Part shown: piece by piece, positions 12,201 to 25,749 of the stretch
Position numbering within the stretch: position 1 is the first letter of the stretch
Layout: every line of letters begins with the position of its first letter
Origin: Octopus vulgaris
Taxonomy: Eukaryota
Length of the DNA stretch: 64,000 bases
NCBI GenBank assembly: GCA_951406725.2
Contig: OX597839.1
Location: forward strand, 35,464,001 to 35,528,000
Direction: 5' to 3'
Made by a program: the position numbers and the translations under genes
Notes under the pieces: generated by a model
What the model saw: only the letters and a program-made list of their open reading frames with translations
Told to the model about the DNA's origin: nothing
Database searches by the model: none

Positions 12201-13021
12201 TCACTGCCTGGAATTGAACTTGGAATCTTGGGGTTGGTAGCCCGTGCTCTTAACCACTACGTCATATCAACAACATATTTTCACAAAATTTTTTTATGTA
12301 ATTTCTGATAATATTTAATTGTGAAAGTATTATTTTATTCTTTTACTTGTTTCAGTCATTTGACTGTGGCCTTGCTGGAGCACTGCCTTTAGCCAAACCA
12401 ACTGACCCCAGGACTTACTCTTTGTAAGCCTAGTACTTATTCTATCGCTCTCTTTTACTGAACTGCTAAGTTATGGGGACACAAACACACCAACATTGGT
12501 TATCAAGTGATGGTGGGGGGAAGACAAACATAGACACACAAATATATATATATACAATGGGCTTCTTTCAGTTTCCATCTACCACAAGGCTTTGGTTGGC
12601 CCAAGGCTATAGTAGAAGACACTTGCCCAAGGCGCCACACAGTGGGACTGAACCCAGAACCATGTGGTCGGGAAGCAAGCTTCTTACCAAACAGCCACTC
12701 CTGTGCCTATAACAGAATTTTTTAAACATCAAATTGCTATGAGGGTTCACTTGGGGCCAAAATAGGGATCAAAGGAGTCCTCAGGCAAAAAAATGGTGGA
12801 GAACTCTATTATGGAACTATATTCGAACTATTGATCCCCTGATTGCCTATGATATCATAAACTACATTAGGCCTGTTTTTGATCTTAAAAGTGTCTCTTG
12901 TTGTTCTCAAGAAGTGCCCCATTAAAGACACAGCAAACTCAGAGTATCCACTTCTTCTACAATGCAGGCAAGACACATATTTGGAAGTTGAAGAACACTA
13001 TCACTTGATAAAATAAACTAG

Positions 13022-13421
13022 TCTTTATATATAAAAGTGAGGTTGTGTGAGTGTCTGTCTCCTACGATTTAGATTCCTAACTACTCCCACATCTTGCGGT
13101 GCAGTTTAACCAAAACCGGGTATCTTATAGTCATGATTAATATCGAGCCCTTCTGGCTATTAGCGCGCGTCTACGATGAGTCTACGATTTAAAAAAAAAT
13201 TTACCATCAATTTTTCCCATTTTTTATGCATTTTTGGCATATATAAGGGAAGTAACTCTCTAAAACTTTATTATTAAATCTCAGAACATAAAAAGCTACA
13301 GTAACACCCCCCCCCCTTTGTGGTTAGCCATATTGAGATGGCTATTATACTTTACATCTCTAAAAATGCTTATATAGTTATTTCCCTAACAAACCCGAGC
13401 AACGCCGGGCGATACTGCTAG
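13022..13421 (+). mobile_element. Non-autonomous Helitron, copy 2
   Basis: Same termini (TCTTTATATATAAAAG...GATACTGCTAG) and internal sequence as 2275-2681. Confidence 0.8.
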
Positions 13422-14144
13422 TCATTTATAAACTAGGATAGAGAAAATAATCTAGGATAGAGAAACTAGGATAGAGAAAATAAACTAGGATAGAGAAACT
13501 ATCCTTCTCATATAAGGGTATCTGCTGAATGCTTATTTTAAACATTACAGGAAATACAGCTGACTGACACATTCAACAAGTAGGAGATCACGTCGATGTG
13601 TAGGCATGAGAGCGAATTATTTACGTAAAAATTTATTTCGGTTAGAAAAGGGTTAACATCTGAACCCCATAGGTTAAAAATAGGTTAGTAGTAGCAGCAG
13701 TGCCAGAAACTAAAAAGATTAAAGCAGTAATAGAAATGACTAACTTGCCATTCTAAGACTTGTTGCCACAAAACAACCGTTGAATTACTTAAACATGACC
13801 GATAAAATGATTGAATTGATGTGTCTAATAAAATTTTTACAATTTGATCCTTTTTTTTTTTTTATCAAATTTCTTTTGAAATTCACTGACTGTGTTTCAA
13901 TTTATTTTGAAAATAATGAAGAACTCAGTAAAATAACTGTTGTTAGTAAACTGGTGTTTGGATCATAAATTAATGTGAAATTTTGGTGGTAAGTCTTAAA
14001 TTAGATCACTTTAACCCTTTTGTTACCATATTTCTGTTGAAATACACTGCCTTTGTTACAATTTATTTGGAAAATAATGAAGAATTTTTGGAACATAAAT
14101 TAACATGAAATTTTGGTGAAAGGTTTAGATTTAGATTACTTTAA

Positions 14145-14349
14145 CCCTTTAGCATTTAAACCAGCCATACCCAGCCCAAATATTCTAAACCAGCCAGATC
14201 CAGCCTCTCACACCTACCCTATAATGTCATTCTAAAAATAAGCAATCACATCATCAAAATCTCAAAGCTTCAAGATGGCGTATGATAAATTCAAAACAAT
14301 GTGAATAAATAAATATTACATTTGACAGAGTGTTCTGAATGCTGAAGGG
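14145..14349. mobile_element. piggyBac-like MITE
   Basis: TTAA at 14141-14144 and 14350-14353; TIR ccctttagcatt/aatgctgaaggg. Related copy at ~25363-25590. Confidence 0.65.
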
Positions 14350-15132
14350 TTAAAACAAACAGTTTGAATCAATACAACTAAGGACCGGTCTGAAGCAGTT
14401 TGTAGCAAAAGGGTTAAGTCTTCCATCAGCCATCTTATAGATCTGCAAAATGTGAAACCCAGAGAAGAGACAGAGTGAAGTTTCAATTTCTAATAAATGA
14501 ATACACACACATATATATACACACACACATGGTCTGTTAATACACACCTTTTTTTTTGGGGGGGGGGGCACGAAATGTATACAGTTTAGTAATATATCTG
14601 TACATGTATTAATGGAGGTTTTTAATCCAGACCCAGGTTTCCCCACAATCCTCCTTGCTTGGAGAAAAATACTGATCCGCAGTGAATGATCACGTGTCCT
14701 CTCCAGAGTAATTTCTATGGAACTCAAGCAGGGGTTTTTTTAAACTTAAAAAAAAGTATAACTGCAGTATTGCACATGCATGCACACAGGGGGGTTTCAT
14801 CAGATCCTCCTGCAGAATAACTTCGCTTCTGTCCAGGAGAAAGATATGGAAGAGATTAAAAAAAAACAATAAAAATTTAACAAGGGCTTTGTGGACAATG
14901 AATGGGTGGGTGTAAATAAGTGTGCGTATGTGTGTGTGTATACATACATATATATATATATAGGTACATATATATGTATATTTGTATATGTAAATATATA
15001 TATGTATGCACATATTTATATGTATACAATTATATATATGTCTATTATATATATCTATATATGGATATTTATATATATATATATATATATATCATCATCA
15101 TCAGCAGCAGCGGACGTTAAACGATGATGATG

Positions 15133-15176
<44 letters not shown>

Positions 15177-16059
15177 TACATATATATGTAGGTGTGTTTG
15201 TGTGAGTGTATATATACATTGTCACACATACACACATACATGCATGCATGTATGCACACTAACAAATAATCACCAATCTATAAAATATTACGTTTTGGCA
15301 TTGCAAGTGAATTTTTTTTTAAATTCTAATTTGAGATGCCAGAAATTTTTAAAAAATAGATAAACAAAAAATGAAATTGAAAGAATTATTTTTTTCAAAA
15401 AAATTCAATAAAAAAAAAGAATAATTAAAAAACAAGAAAAATTATTTAATTTCGTTTTGCTTTTTGAGGCTTTTGTGTATTTTTTTTGTTTGCTGAGGTC
15501 TGCTAAATAATTTTTCTTCATTTTTTTTTTTTTTTTTCTCCTGCTTATAACACAATCCTCCTTCAGCACAAATCTCCTTCGACATACCCCAGGGTATCAT
15601 ACTTATCCTAACAAAATGAAGAAAGAAAATATAAAAAAAAAAAAAACCCCAGTAATTATGTTTCTATTTTTGTTTTGTTTTTTTAAATTTCACATTCCAC
15701 CCCCCGACTGTCCCACCGACAGCATCCACCCGCCCACCCACCCCCAGCTACATCAACCATAAAGAAAAAGAAAAATGAATCTCAACAAATGTTGAACGGT
15801 CTTTTTTGTTTTGTTTTGTTTGGGGTTTTTTTTTCGTTTTAAGTTTTCGTAATTTGTTCATTTCATCTTTGCTCGTTATCTCACCGTCGTTAACACACAA
15901 ATACTTGAACACCTTTTGTCACAGAATACTCTAGTTCTTCTTTCTGTTCTTTGTTTCATCTTTTGTTTTTGTTTTTTTTTTTTAAATTTCTTTTGTTAAA
16001 CCGATTTGCATTGAAAATTTGAGGATGAACTATGATTTCAAAGTGTGAATATAACTATA

Positions 16060-16153
16060 AATATATATGCACATGTATATATATATATATATATGCACAT
16101 GTATATATATATATATATATATATGCACATATATATATATATATATATATATG

Positions 16154-16223
<70 letters not shown>

Positions 16224-16280
16224 CACATGTATATATATATATATATATATACACATGTATATATATATATATATATGCAC

Positions 16281-16357
<77 letters not shown>

Positions 16358-16410
16358 TATACATACATATATATACATACATGCACACACATATATATAT
16401 ATATGTATTT
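16060..16410. repeat. (TA)n with recurring gcacatg interruptions, in the presumed 3' UTR of the ARF-like gene
   Basis: Direct reading. Confidence 0.9.
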
Positions 16411-16542
16411 ATGTATGTGTGTGCTTGCATATGTTCATGAACATACGAGTCCTCCTGTACATCGATTGCATTGCATTGTCACCGCATATCATTATTATTA
16501 TTGTTATTTTTGTTATTATCAATAATAATAATATTATCATCA

Positions 16543-16579
<37 letters not shown>

Positions 16580-16602
16580 CATCATCGTTATCTTTTAACG
16601 AA

Positions 16603-16949
16603 CTATTTCTCCGGGCAGTTCTGAAATTTGCCCGGCGCTGTTGTTGTCCGCGAGTCTTGTAGCGAGTCCTGTAGGTGAGACGTTGTCGTCGGGCAACTGT
16701 CAGTGACATCCTGGGTGCGGCTTGTTCTGAAGAAGAGGCACTTTATGGCAGTGTAGGCTCTTGAACAGTAGTCCATGCTATGTTCGAGTCGGTCGCCGGA
16801 CTCTCGTTGCATCCGTGGCATTTCCTCAGGTGCTGGTGGCACAGTGGAGTAGACAGCTTTCTTAGCCTGGACGGAGCCAAGCTGGCACGCCAGCCAGTCG
16901 AGGGCTTCTGTTAGACCTTGGTCAGTCAGAGCACTGACCGGCATGATGT
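16603..16949 (-). CDS. ARF/ARL-family GTPase, last coding exon (G5, helix 5, long C-terminal tail)
   Basis: tctttccag acceptor after a pyrimidine tract; phase 1 gives (N)IMPVSALTDQGLTEALDWLACQL, matching ARF SAxxGxGLxExLxWL. About 90 further aa follow before the stop at 16603-16605. Confidence 0.9.
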
Positions 16950-19894
16950 CTGGAAAGACAAACAAGAAAAAGAAATAGTGAAAAGAAAACACAAAAAAAA
17001 GAACTAAAAAAAAGAACATGACCACCTCTGCTTTCATCATTGTCATTAGTCAATGTCATCATTCAATTATTGTGGAGGTGCAATGGCCCAGTGGTTAGGG
17101 CAGAGGACTCGCGGTCATAGGATCGCAGTTTCGATTCGCAGTACTTATTCTACCGGTCTCTTTTGCCAAAGCGCTAAGTTACGGGAACATAAACACACCA
17201 GCATCGATTGTCAAGCGATGGGACACACACACACACACACACATATATGACACACACACACAAACTATATATGACATAGTTTCCGTCTACCAAATCCACT
17301 CACAAGGCTTTGGTCAGCCCAAGGCTATAGTAGACGACACTTGCCCAAGATGCCACGAAGTGGGACTGAACCCAGAACCATGTGGTTGGCAAGCAAGCTA
17401 CTCACCACACAGCCCCTCCTGTGCCTATATACAAAATTTATTTGAATATGCATCATACAAGAGATAATTAATGTGGTAATTACAAGTCTTCATTAAATAA
17501 AATATTAGTTAGATTGGACTGGATTGGGTTGCCTATGTTCAGTCCAGTACAGGACAAAGGGCTGAACATGTTCTCTCCACCAACCACGGTCTGATGTGGA
17601 GGCTGTGAATTTGAGCTTGAGAGCATACAGGTTTGATGTGCCTACTCTGCCGCAATGGCTCGCCAGGGCTTATCAGCGGGGTGCAGTTGTCAAGCTGTGG
17701 GAGGACAAATAGAAACACACACACACACATGTTAATATGTGATGGGCTTCCTTACAATTTCTTATTTCTTTACTGCCCACAAGGGGCTACACATAGAGGG
17801 GACAAACAAGGACAGACAAATGGATTAAAACGATTATATTGAAATCCTTATTAATGTATAACTGGTACTTATTTAATCGACCCTGAAAGGATGAAAGGCA
17901 AAGTCGACCTCGGCGGAGTTTGAACTCAGAATGTAACGGCAGATGAAATACTGCTAAGCATTTCGCCCGGCGTGCTAACGTTTCTGCCAGCTCGCCGCCT
18001 TCAAACTGTCCAATCCATGCCAGCATGGAAAACGGATGTTAAGTGATGACGATGATGATGTCCAGAATTATGGCCCGTATATGCTAGCTAAGGTTGAGTC
18101 TATGTGGAAATGTTTGTGGTTGATGGTATATGTGTTTGAATTAAGGTGGCGAGCTGGCAGAAATGTTAGCACGCCGGGCAAAATGTGTAGCCGTATTTCG
18201 TCTGCCATTATGTCGTGAGTTCAAATTCCGCTGAGGTCGACTTTGCCTTTCATCCTTTTGGGGTCGATAAATTAAGTACCAGTTGCACACTGGGGTCGAT
18301 GTAATCGACTTAATCTCTTTGTCTGTCCTTGTTTGTCCCCTCTATGTTTAGCTCCTTGTGGGTAGTAAAGAAATAGGTATATGTGTTTGAATTCAAGTTT
18401 TTCTTTCAGTTTGTGTGTGTGTATGTATTACATGATAGGGAAGGTCATACATGTATATAAATGCATGCGTGTGTGTGTTTTAGATATTAGAGAAGGATCT
18501 GTGTTTATGTGTGTTTGTGTGCCTTTTGTTTTACTGTTTGTTGCTTTCAGGTCGGGAAAGATAAGGACATACTGTTAAGATAAGTGGGGTATAAGGAGAC
18601 ACTGGTGTTGCATGTTTGAAAGGATGGGCAGATAAAGACACCGTTGTTGCGTATTTCCCAAAAATTGAGTAGATTTTGTGGGTGCAGACGTGGCTGTGTG
18701 GTTAAAAAGCTTGTTTTGCAACCACATGGTTTTAGGTTCAGTTCCACTGCACGGCACCTTGAGTAAGTGTCTTTTTATTATAGCTCTGGGCCAACCACAG
18801 TGAATTATGAGTGAATTCAGTAGACAGAAATTGTAAGGTGGTGAGCTGGCAGAAGCGTTAGCACGCCGGGCGAAATGCTTTGCGGTATTTCGTCTGCCGT
18901 TACGTTCTGAGTTCAAATTCTGCCGAGGTTGACTTTGCCTTTCATCCTTTTGGGGTCAATTAAATAAGTACCAGTTATGCACTGGGGTCGATGTAATTGA
19001 CTTAATCCGTTTGTTTGTCCTTGTTTGTCCCCTCTGTGTTTAGCCCCTTGTGGGTAGTAAAGAAACAGGTATTTCGTCTACTGCTACATTCTGAGTTCAA
19101 ATTCCGCCGAGGTTGACTTTGCCTTTCATCCTTTTGGGATTGATTAAATAAGTACCAGTTATACACTAATAAGGATTTCAAATTTTGGCACAAGGCCAGT
19201 ACTTTCGGGGAGGGGTCAAGCTGATTACATTGACCCCAGTACGTAACTAGTACTTGTGTCATTGACCCCCAAAAGGATGAACGGCAAAGTCAACCTTGGT
19301 GGAATCCAGATTGTAAAGACAGAGGAAATGCCACTGAGCATTTATTTTGTCCAACGTCCAAACAATTCTGCCCACTCACCACCTTACAAATACACATTAA
19401 TATCACCACATAAACACACACATTCAAATACACAGACACATACACACAAACACAAGTATACAGACACAAATACATGTACACACACAAGTGTATACACACA
19501 TACACACACAAATACTCCCTTGATACATAGACATTTACACAAATGCACACACATTTACATACACACGCAAGTACACATTCACACACACACACAAGTATAC
19601 AGACAAACTCACACACACAGATATACAAACAGACACAAACACATGTACACACACAAGTATATACATACACACACACACACACTCACACAGACACACACAC
19701 AAATACCCTTCATACATAGACATTTACACAAATGCACATACATACACATACATATGCAAGTACACACACACACAGATATACAAACAAACACACAAACGCA
19801 TGTACACACACAAGTATATACACACAGACACACACACACTGACATGCGCACGTGCACACACATACACAGAGCCAGAGACAAAGATGGTACTTAC

Positions 19895-20132
19895 TCCAAT
19901 TATGTTTCAAATTCTTCAAAGAGAGTTTGTCTGTGATTTCTTCGACTGTCATCGCTTCTGGCAGATCCTGTTTGTTTGCTAAGAAGAGGAAGACAGCCGA
20001 GGAAAGTTCCTCAGCCAAGAATGCTGGTCGGATCACATCGAAGCTCAGCTCATCGAGCCGTTCCCTGTCGGCGCTGTCTATCACGAACACCACAGCATCA
20101 GTACCTTTGTAGTAATGCCGGAATAACGGTCG
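19895..20132 (-). CDS. ARF/ARL-family GTPase, switch II to G4 exon
   Basis: cgttgcag acceptor and gtaagt donor; 238 nt, phase 0-1. Encodes RPLFRHYYKGTDAVVFVIDSADRERLDE...FLANKQDLPEAMTVEEITDKLSLKNLKHNW with an intact NKQD G4 box. Confidence 0.95.
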
Positions 20133-20380
20133 CTGCAACGAGGAAGAGAGACAATCAAACAGAAAGGCCAATGCAGGGGGGACTTTATGCGAACAGGCCG
20201 AAGAAGATGCCTATGTGTGTGTGTGTGGGGGGTGTATTTGGGTGTGTGTGTGTGTGGGGGTGTATTTGGGTGTGTGTGTGTGTATGTTTGTGAGTGTCTT
20301 TGTTGGTGGGGGAGTATTTGTGTGTGTGTGTTTGTGTGTATGTTTGTGCAATGGCTATTAATGTTAAGAGAAACACTTAC

Positions 20381-20454
20381 CAACTTGTCCCGGCTTCCAA
20401 TGTCCCAGGCTGTCAAACTGATGTCTCGATATTCAATTGTTTCCACATTGAAAC
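20381..20454 (-). CDS. ARF/ARL-family GTPase, interswitch/G3 exon
   Basis: ccccag acceptor and gtaagt donor; 74 nt, phase 1-0. Encodes (G)FNVETIEYRDISLTAWDIGSRDKL, in frame with the neighbouring exons. Confidence 0.95.
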
Positions 20455-21432
20455 CTGGGGAATGAAAATCGAGAAGAGAGAAAAGATAAAACAATTGAAA
20501 TAAAAATGTTTTTTAAAGTCATCATCATCATTGTTTAACATCTGCTTTCCATGCTGGTATGGGTTGGACGATTTGACTGAGGACTGGCGAACCAGATGGC
20601 TGCACCAGGCATCAATCTTGATCTGGCAGAGTTTCTACAGCTGGATGCCCTTCCTAATGCCAACCACTCCGAGAGTGTAGTGGGTGCTTTTACGTGCCAC
20701 AGGCACGAGGGCCAGTGAGGCAGTACTGGCAACGGCCATGCTCAAATGGTGCTTTTTATGTGCCACCTGCACAGGAGCCAGTCCAGCGGCACTGGCAATG
20801 ACCTCGCTCAAAGAATAAAATATTTCTTTGATATTTGGATAAATGAATTCTATTTCGAAATATTTAGGGATTGAGAGAGAGAGAGAGAGGTGAGTAGGTA
20901 CATTGATTCTTAACAACAATATTCAACAAGTTCAACATTTTTTTGTCTTATTCCAAACCGTTTTGTTACCATATTTTTATTGGAATTCCTTACATCACCT
21001 TTGTTTCAGTTTCTTTTCATAATAATGAAAAATTTCGTAAAATAACTTGGTCATTATTATACTGGCATTTAAAATCTAAGTGCACAGGAAACTTTTGATA
21101 GGTTTTAATATACATCCCTTTCATAGACATCCCTTTTGTTACCATCTTTTCTGTTGAAATAAATTGTTCTTGTTTCAATCTATTTTGAAAATTTCGAAGA
21201 ATTTAGTGAAATAATTGTCATTATTAAACTGTTGTTTGAAACATAAATTAACATAAATTAACACAAACATTTGATGGAAAGTTTCAATTTAGATCACTCT
21301 AACCCCCCTTTTTTTTTTACCATATTTCTATTGAAAAACAATGTCTTTGTTTTGATTATTTTTCAAAATAATGAAGAATTTAGAAAAAAAACTGTCGTTA
21401 TTTTGCTAGTTTTTTTTAACATAAATTTAATA

Positions 21433-22023
21433 CTCTCTCTTTACTCTTTTACTTGTTTCAGTCATTTGACTGCGGCCATGCTGGAGCACCGCCTTTAGTC
21501 GAGCAAATCGACCCCGGGACTTATTCTTTTGTAAGCCCAGTACTTATTCTATCGGTCTCTTTTGCCAAACCGCTAAGTGACGGGGACGTAAACACACCAG
21601 CATCGGTTGTCAAGCAATGCTAGGGGGACTAACACAGACACACAAACACACACACACATATATATGTATACATATATACGACAGGCTTCTTTCAGTTTCC
21701 GCCTACCAAATCCACTCACTAGGCTTTGGTTGGCCCGGGGCTATAGTAGAAGACACTTGCCCAAGATGCCACGCAGTGGGACTGAACCCGGAACCATGTG
21801 GTTGGTTAGCAAGCTACTTACCACACAGCCACTCCTCCATTATATATATATATAATATACGACAGGCTTCTTTCAGTTTCCGTCTACCAAATCCACTCAC
21901 TAGGCTTTGGTTGGCCCGGGGCTATAGCAGAAGACACTTGCCCAAGATGCCACGCAGTGGGACTGAACCCAGAACCATGTGGTTGGTAAGCAAGCTACTT
22001 ACCACACAGCCACTCCTGCGCCT
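21433..22023 (-). mobile_element. SINE family A with duplicated head
   Basis: The 5' half (tRNA head plus core) occurs twice, separated by (TA)n. Confidence 0.8.
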
Positions 22024-23189
22024 GAATATGAAACTTCAATGGAAGGTTTAAATTTAAGTAAGTTTCACATGCACTGACTTTGCTTCAAATTATTTCGAAA
22101 ATAAGGAAGAATTTAGAAGAATATCTTTGTCATCATTAAGTCAGTGTTTAGAAAATAAATTAACATAGAATTTTAATGGCAGGTTTAAATTTAGATAATT
22201 TTAAAACAGGACGCTTTTTTATCATAGAACCACGGCTGATCCCAGGTGTCTGCTAGGTTTCCGTAGAGAAATTAGACACGTGTGTGAGTGTGTGTGTGTG
22301 TGTGTATTTGTAGGCATGTTTATATGTGTGTGTGTGTGTGTGTGTGTGCATGTGCTTGTGTATGCATGCATGTGTATATGTACATATGTGTGTGTGTGTG
22401 TACAGATAATGTACTCATACATATATAATGCCATCATCATCGCATATACACACATATATACAAATGTACACACATACATACATGTATGCATACACACACA
22501 TTCATGTATGCATACACATACATGTATGCATACACACACACATATATACACATACACACACATATATACACATACATGTACACATACACACATACATGTG
22601 TACATACACATACATACATATATACATACACACACATACATGTACACACATACACACACATATATATAACTGCACATTCGTATACACACACACACACACA
22701 CACACCTTACTCCTTATGAACTCCAGGCTGTGTATATCAACAAATTAAGGGCATAGCTATGATAAGATACGGCTGATTATATTCTTCTTATCTGTCGCCT
22801 GTGACTGAAACACCAACAAAATATGTAGGCCTCGGCCCTTCTCACACTTTGGAAACACCACAGCAAACAGTTGATAACTCTAACCTATTTTTCTCTAAAA
22901 AAATTCCAAACATAGGGCAAAACCAAAATATATTTTCCATTGGGCCCCAACTGGAAGATTTTCATCAGAAGGTAAAAAACAGAAGCCAGTAACAATGAAC
23001 AACAACATAGATCATATCTAATAGCTCAATTTCAGTTGAATGGGAGCAAAGTTGAGGCTGTAATACTTTGGTAAGGTCTGTTTTTTTAATAAGTAATGTT
23101 AATGGAAATATGCTGTGCTTGAGAAGACCCGGCAAGCCAAGTGAGACCATAACCTCATGGCCTATGTCAAGAGTGTAACCAGAGTATTA

Positions 23190-23770
23190 AGGCGGCGAGG
23201 TGGCAGAAACGTTAGCACGCCGGGCGAAATGCTTAGCGGTATTTCGTCTGCCGTTACGTTGTGAGTTCAAATTCCGCCGAGGTCGACTTTGCCTTTCATC
23301 CTTTCGAGGTCGATAAATTAAGTACCAGTTACGCACTGGAGTCGATGTAATCGACTTAATACCTATGTCTGTCCTTGTTTGTCCCCTCTATGTTTAGCCC
23401 CTTGTGGGTAATAAAGAAATAGGTATTTCGTGAAATTCCGCCGAGGTCGACTTTGCCTTTCATCCTTTTGGGGTCGATAAATAAAGTACCAGTTACGCAC
23501 TGGAGTCGATGTAATCGACTTAATACCTATGTCTGTCCTTGTTTGTCCCCTCTGTGTTTAGCCCCTTGTGGGTAATAAAGAAATAGGTATTTCGTCTGTC
23601 GTTACGTTGAGAGTTCGAATTCTGCCGAGGTCGACTTTGCCTTTCATCCTTTCGGGGTCGATAAATTAAGTACCAGTTACGCACTGGGGTCAATGTAATC
23701 GACTTAATACCTATGTCTGTCTTTGTTTGTCCCCTCTGTGTTTAGCCCCCTGTGGGTAATAAAGAAATAA
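23190..23770 (+). mobile_element. SINE family B with tandemly repeated body
   Basis: Head ggcggcgag(c)tggcagaaacgttagc; core gcctttcatcctttcggggtcgataaattaagtaccag (Meta/MESC-like) occurs three times. Other copies at ~11637-12040, 17761-18001, 18144-18378, 18836-19170, 33470-33698, 34415-34650, 34850-35067, 42966-43194, 48157-48407, 50280-50500, 56605-57210 and 60260-60435. Confidence 0.85.
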
Positions 23771-24589
23771 GTATAACCAGCCCACTTATGCATACCTTTC
23801 CTTCATTAGACACTAAACTCTGCTTGCGAAGAACTTTTGAGCCAAGTGAAATCGAAATCAAATTCGATGACTGGCATCCGTGCTAGTGGAGCGCTAAGAG
23901 CACCATCCGAGCATGGTCGTTGCCAGAGCAGCTAACTGGCTTTTGTGCCAGTGGCACATAAAAAGCACCATTCGAGCATGATCGTTACCAGTGCCACCTT
24001 ACTGGCATGTGAAAAAACATTCGAGCGAGGTCATTGCCAGTGCTGCTGGACTGGCACCTGTGCAGGTGGCACGTAAAAAACACCATTTGAGTGTGGCCGT
24101 TGCCACACTCAAATGATCGCTGCAAATGGTTGGCCCAACTGTCACTGAAGATTGATCCTGGTAAAAAATAAAACATAGCTAGTACTGGACCCTTTTTTCC
24201 TGGGCTAGAAAATAATTTGGTCCTCAACAACTGTCAATATTCTCCAGAGTTCAAGTGGGCCCCACAAAGGAGTACTGCTCTCACATCAAGGATAGAATAC
24301 CTGCTAAACACACAGATGTTATAGAGACTAATAATAAATATAAAAAGCACCCTACAAATTTGCAGAAAATTGGAGGAACTTGTAGAGATAACAATGATGC
24401 CAAATTATATACCATTTTTTTCTTTACTGTCCCACCCCTTCCCGAGAGAAAATAGATCTCTTCCAATTTCATTGATACAACCATTCAATAATAGTTAGGC
24501 AGAACATGGTCTGTGAGCACAAGCTTAAAAAGTAATACATCAGTTGGTAAATGAAAACGTGAATAAGATCACTTCAACCTGAAATATTA

Positions 24590-24730
<141 letters not shown>

Positions 24731-25749
24731 TTATTTTGTATCATACAGCTATATCATTGGTTCTCAACTGGGGGACCATATAAGATTTTTGGTTTGGGGT
24801 CCATGCAACACAGTAGTAAATTGGGGATCCACAATAGTATTTTAAGGGCACCTGAAAAATTTTGCTTTAGATGTATGTATTGGTCTGTACTGCAAGAAAC
24901 AGCTGGGTTTCTTTCTCTAACATTTTACATAATTCAAACAGCACAAGGAAATGTGTGAAAAACAAAAGAGGGGTTATGAATGAAGTTTCTATAAAACTAG
25001 TTTTTAAATGTCGAATGGCTATGGGGGTCAACCTGAATAAAATAGTAAGCACAGGACGCTTTGTTATTAAGCTGGTGTTTGAGTTCAAGCTCTACTTAGG
25101 ATGGTTATGTTTGATAAAAAGATGACTGATAAAATTAATACCGATCACACACAAAAATCATTTCAAGCCGTGAATTGAGTCAGTAGAGCATTGGACAGAC
25201 ATCTTGCAGTATTTATTCTAGCTTTTTGCACAATTTCAAATCTCGTTGAGGTCAACTTTGTCTACCAATCTAGGTCTGTGGAATTGTTAGAGTACTGAAT
25301 GAAACATGTTGTGGTATGTGTTGGGAGATCAAATCCTGCCATGACCTACTTGGGGGTTAGACTTAACCCTTTGGCACTTAATCCAGCCATATCCAGCTCA
25401 CATATTCAACCCATTTTATGTTCAAACTGATCAGATCCTGTCTCTCACACGTACCCTACAATGTCATTTTGAAAATATACAATCGCATCATTGAAATATG
25501 AAAGCTACAAGATGAAAAGTGATTAGTTGAACTCAAATTGAAATCAATAAACATTTTATTTGCTGAAGTAATGCAAACCCTAAAGGCTTACTCTATCCCC
25601 ACCTCTAAGCAAGTGGAACAAGTCCTCAATTTGCAGATGCTGGCTTTCATTTATCCTAACCATAATTGGAATTTCTGTAATTGGAAGGATCTCAGACACT
25701 TCCTCCTGATGAAGCTACATGGAAAAAATAATTAAAATAATATATATAT

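Noticed and set aside
14405-14435. Acceptor-like ttttgcag|ATCTATAAGATGGCTGATGG on the minus strand
   Set aside because: It runs into a TTAA-flanked repeat after ~25 nt, with no donor or homology.
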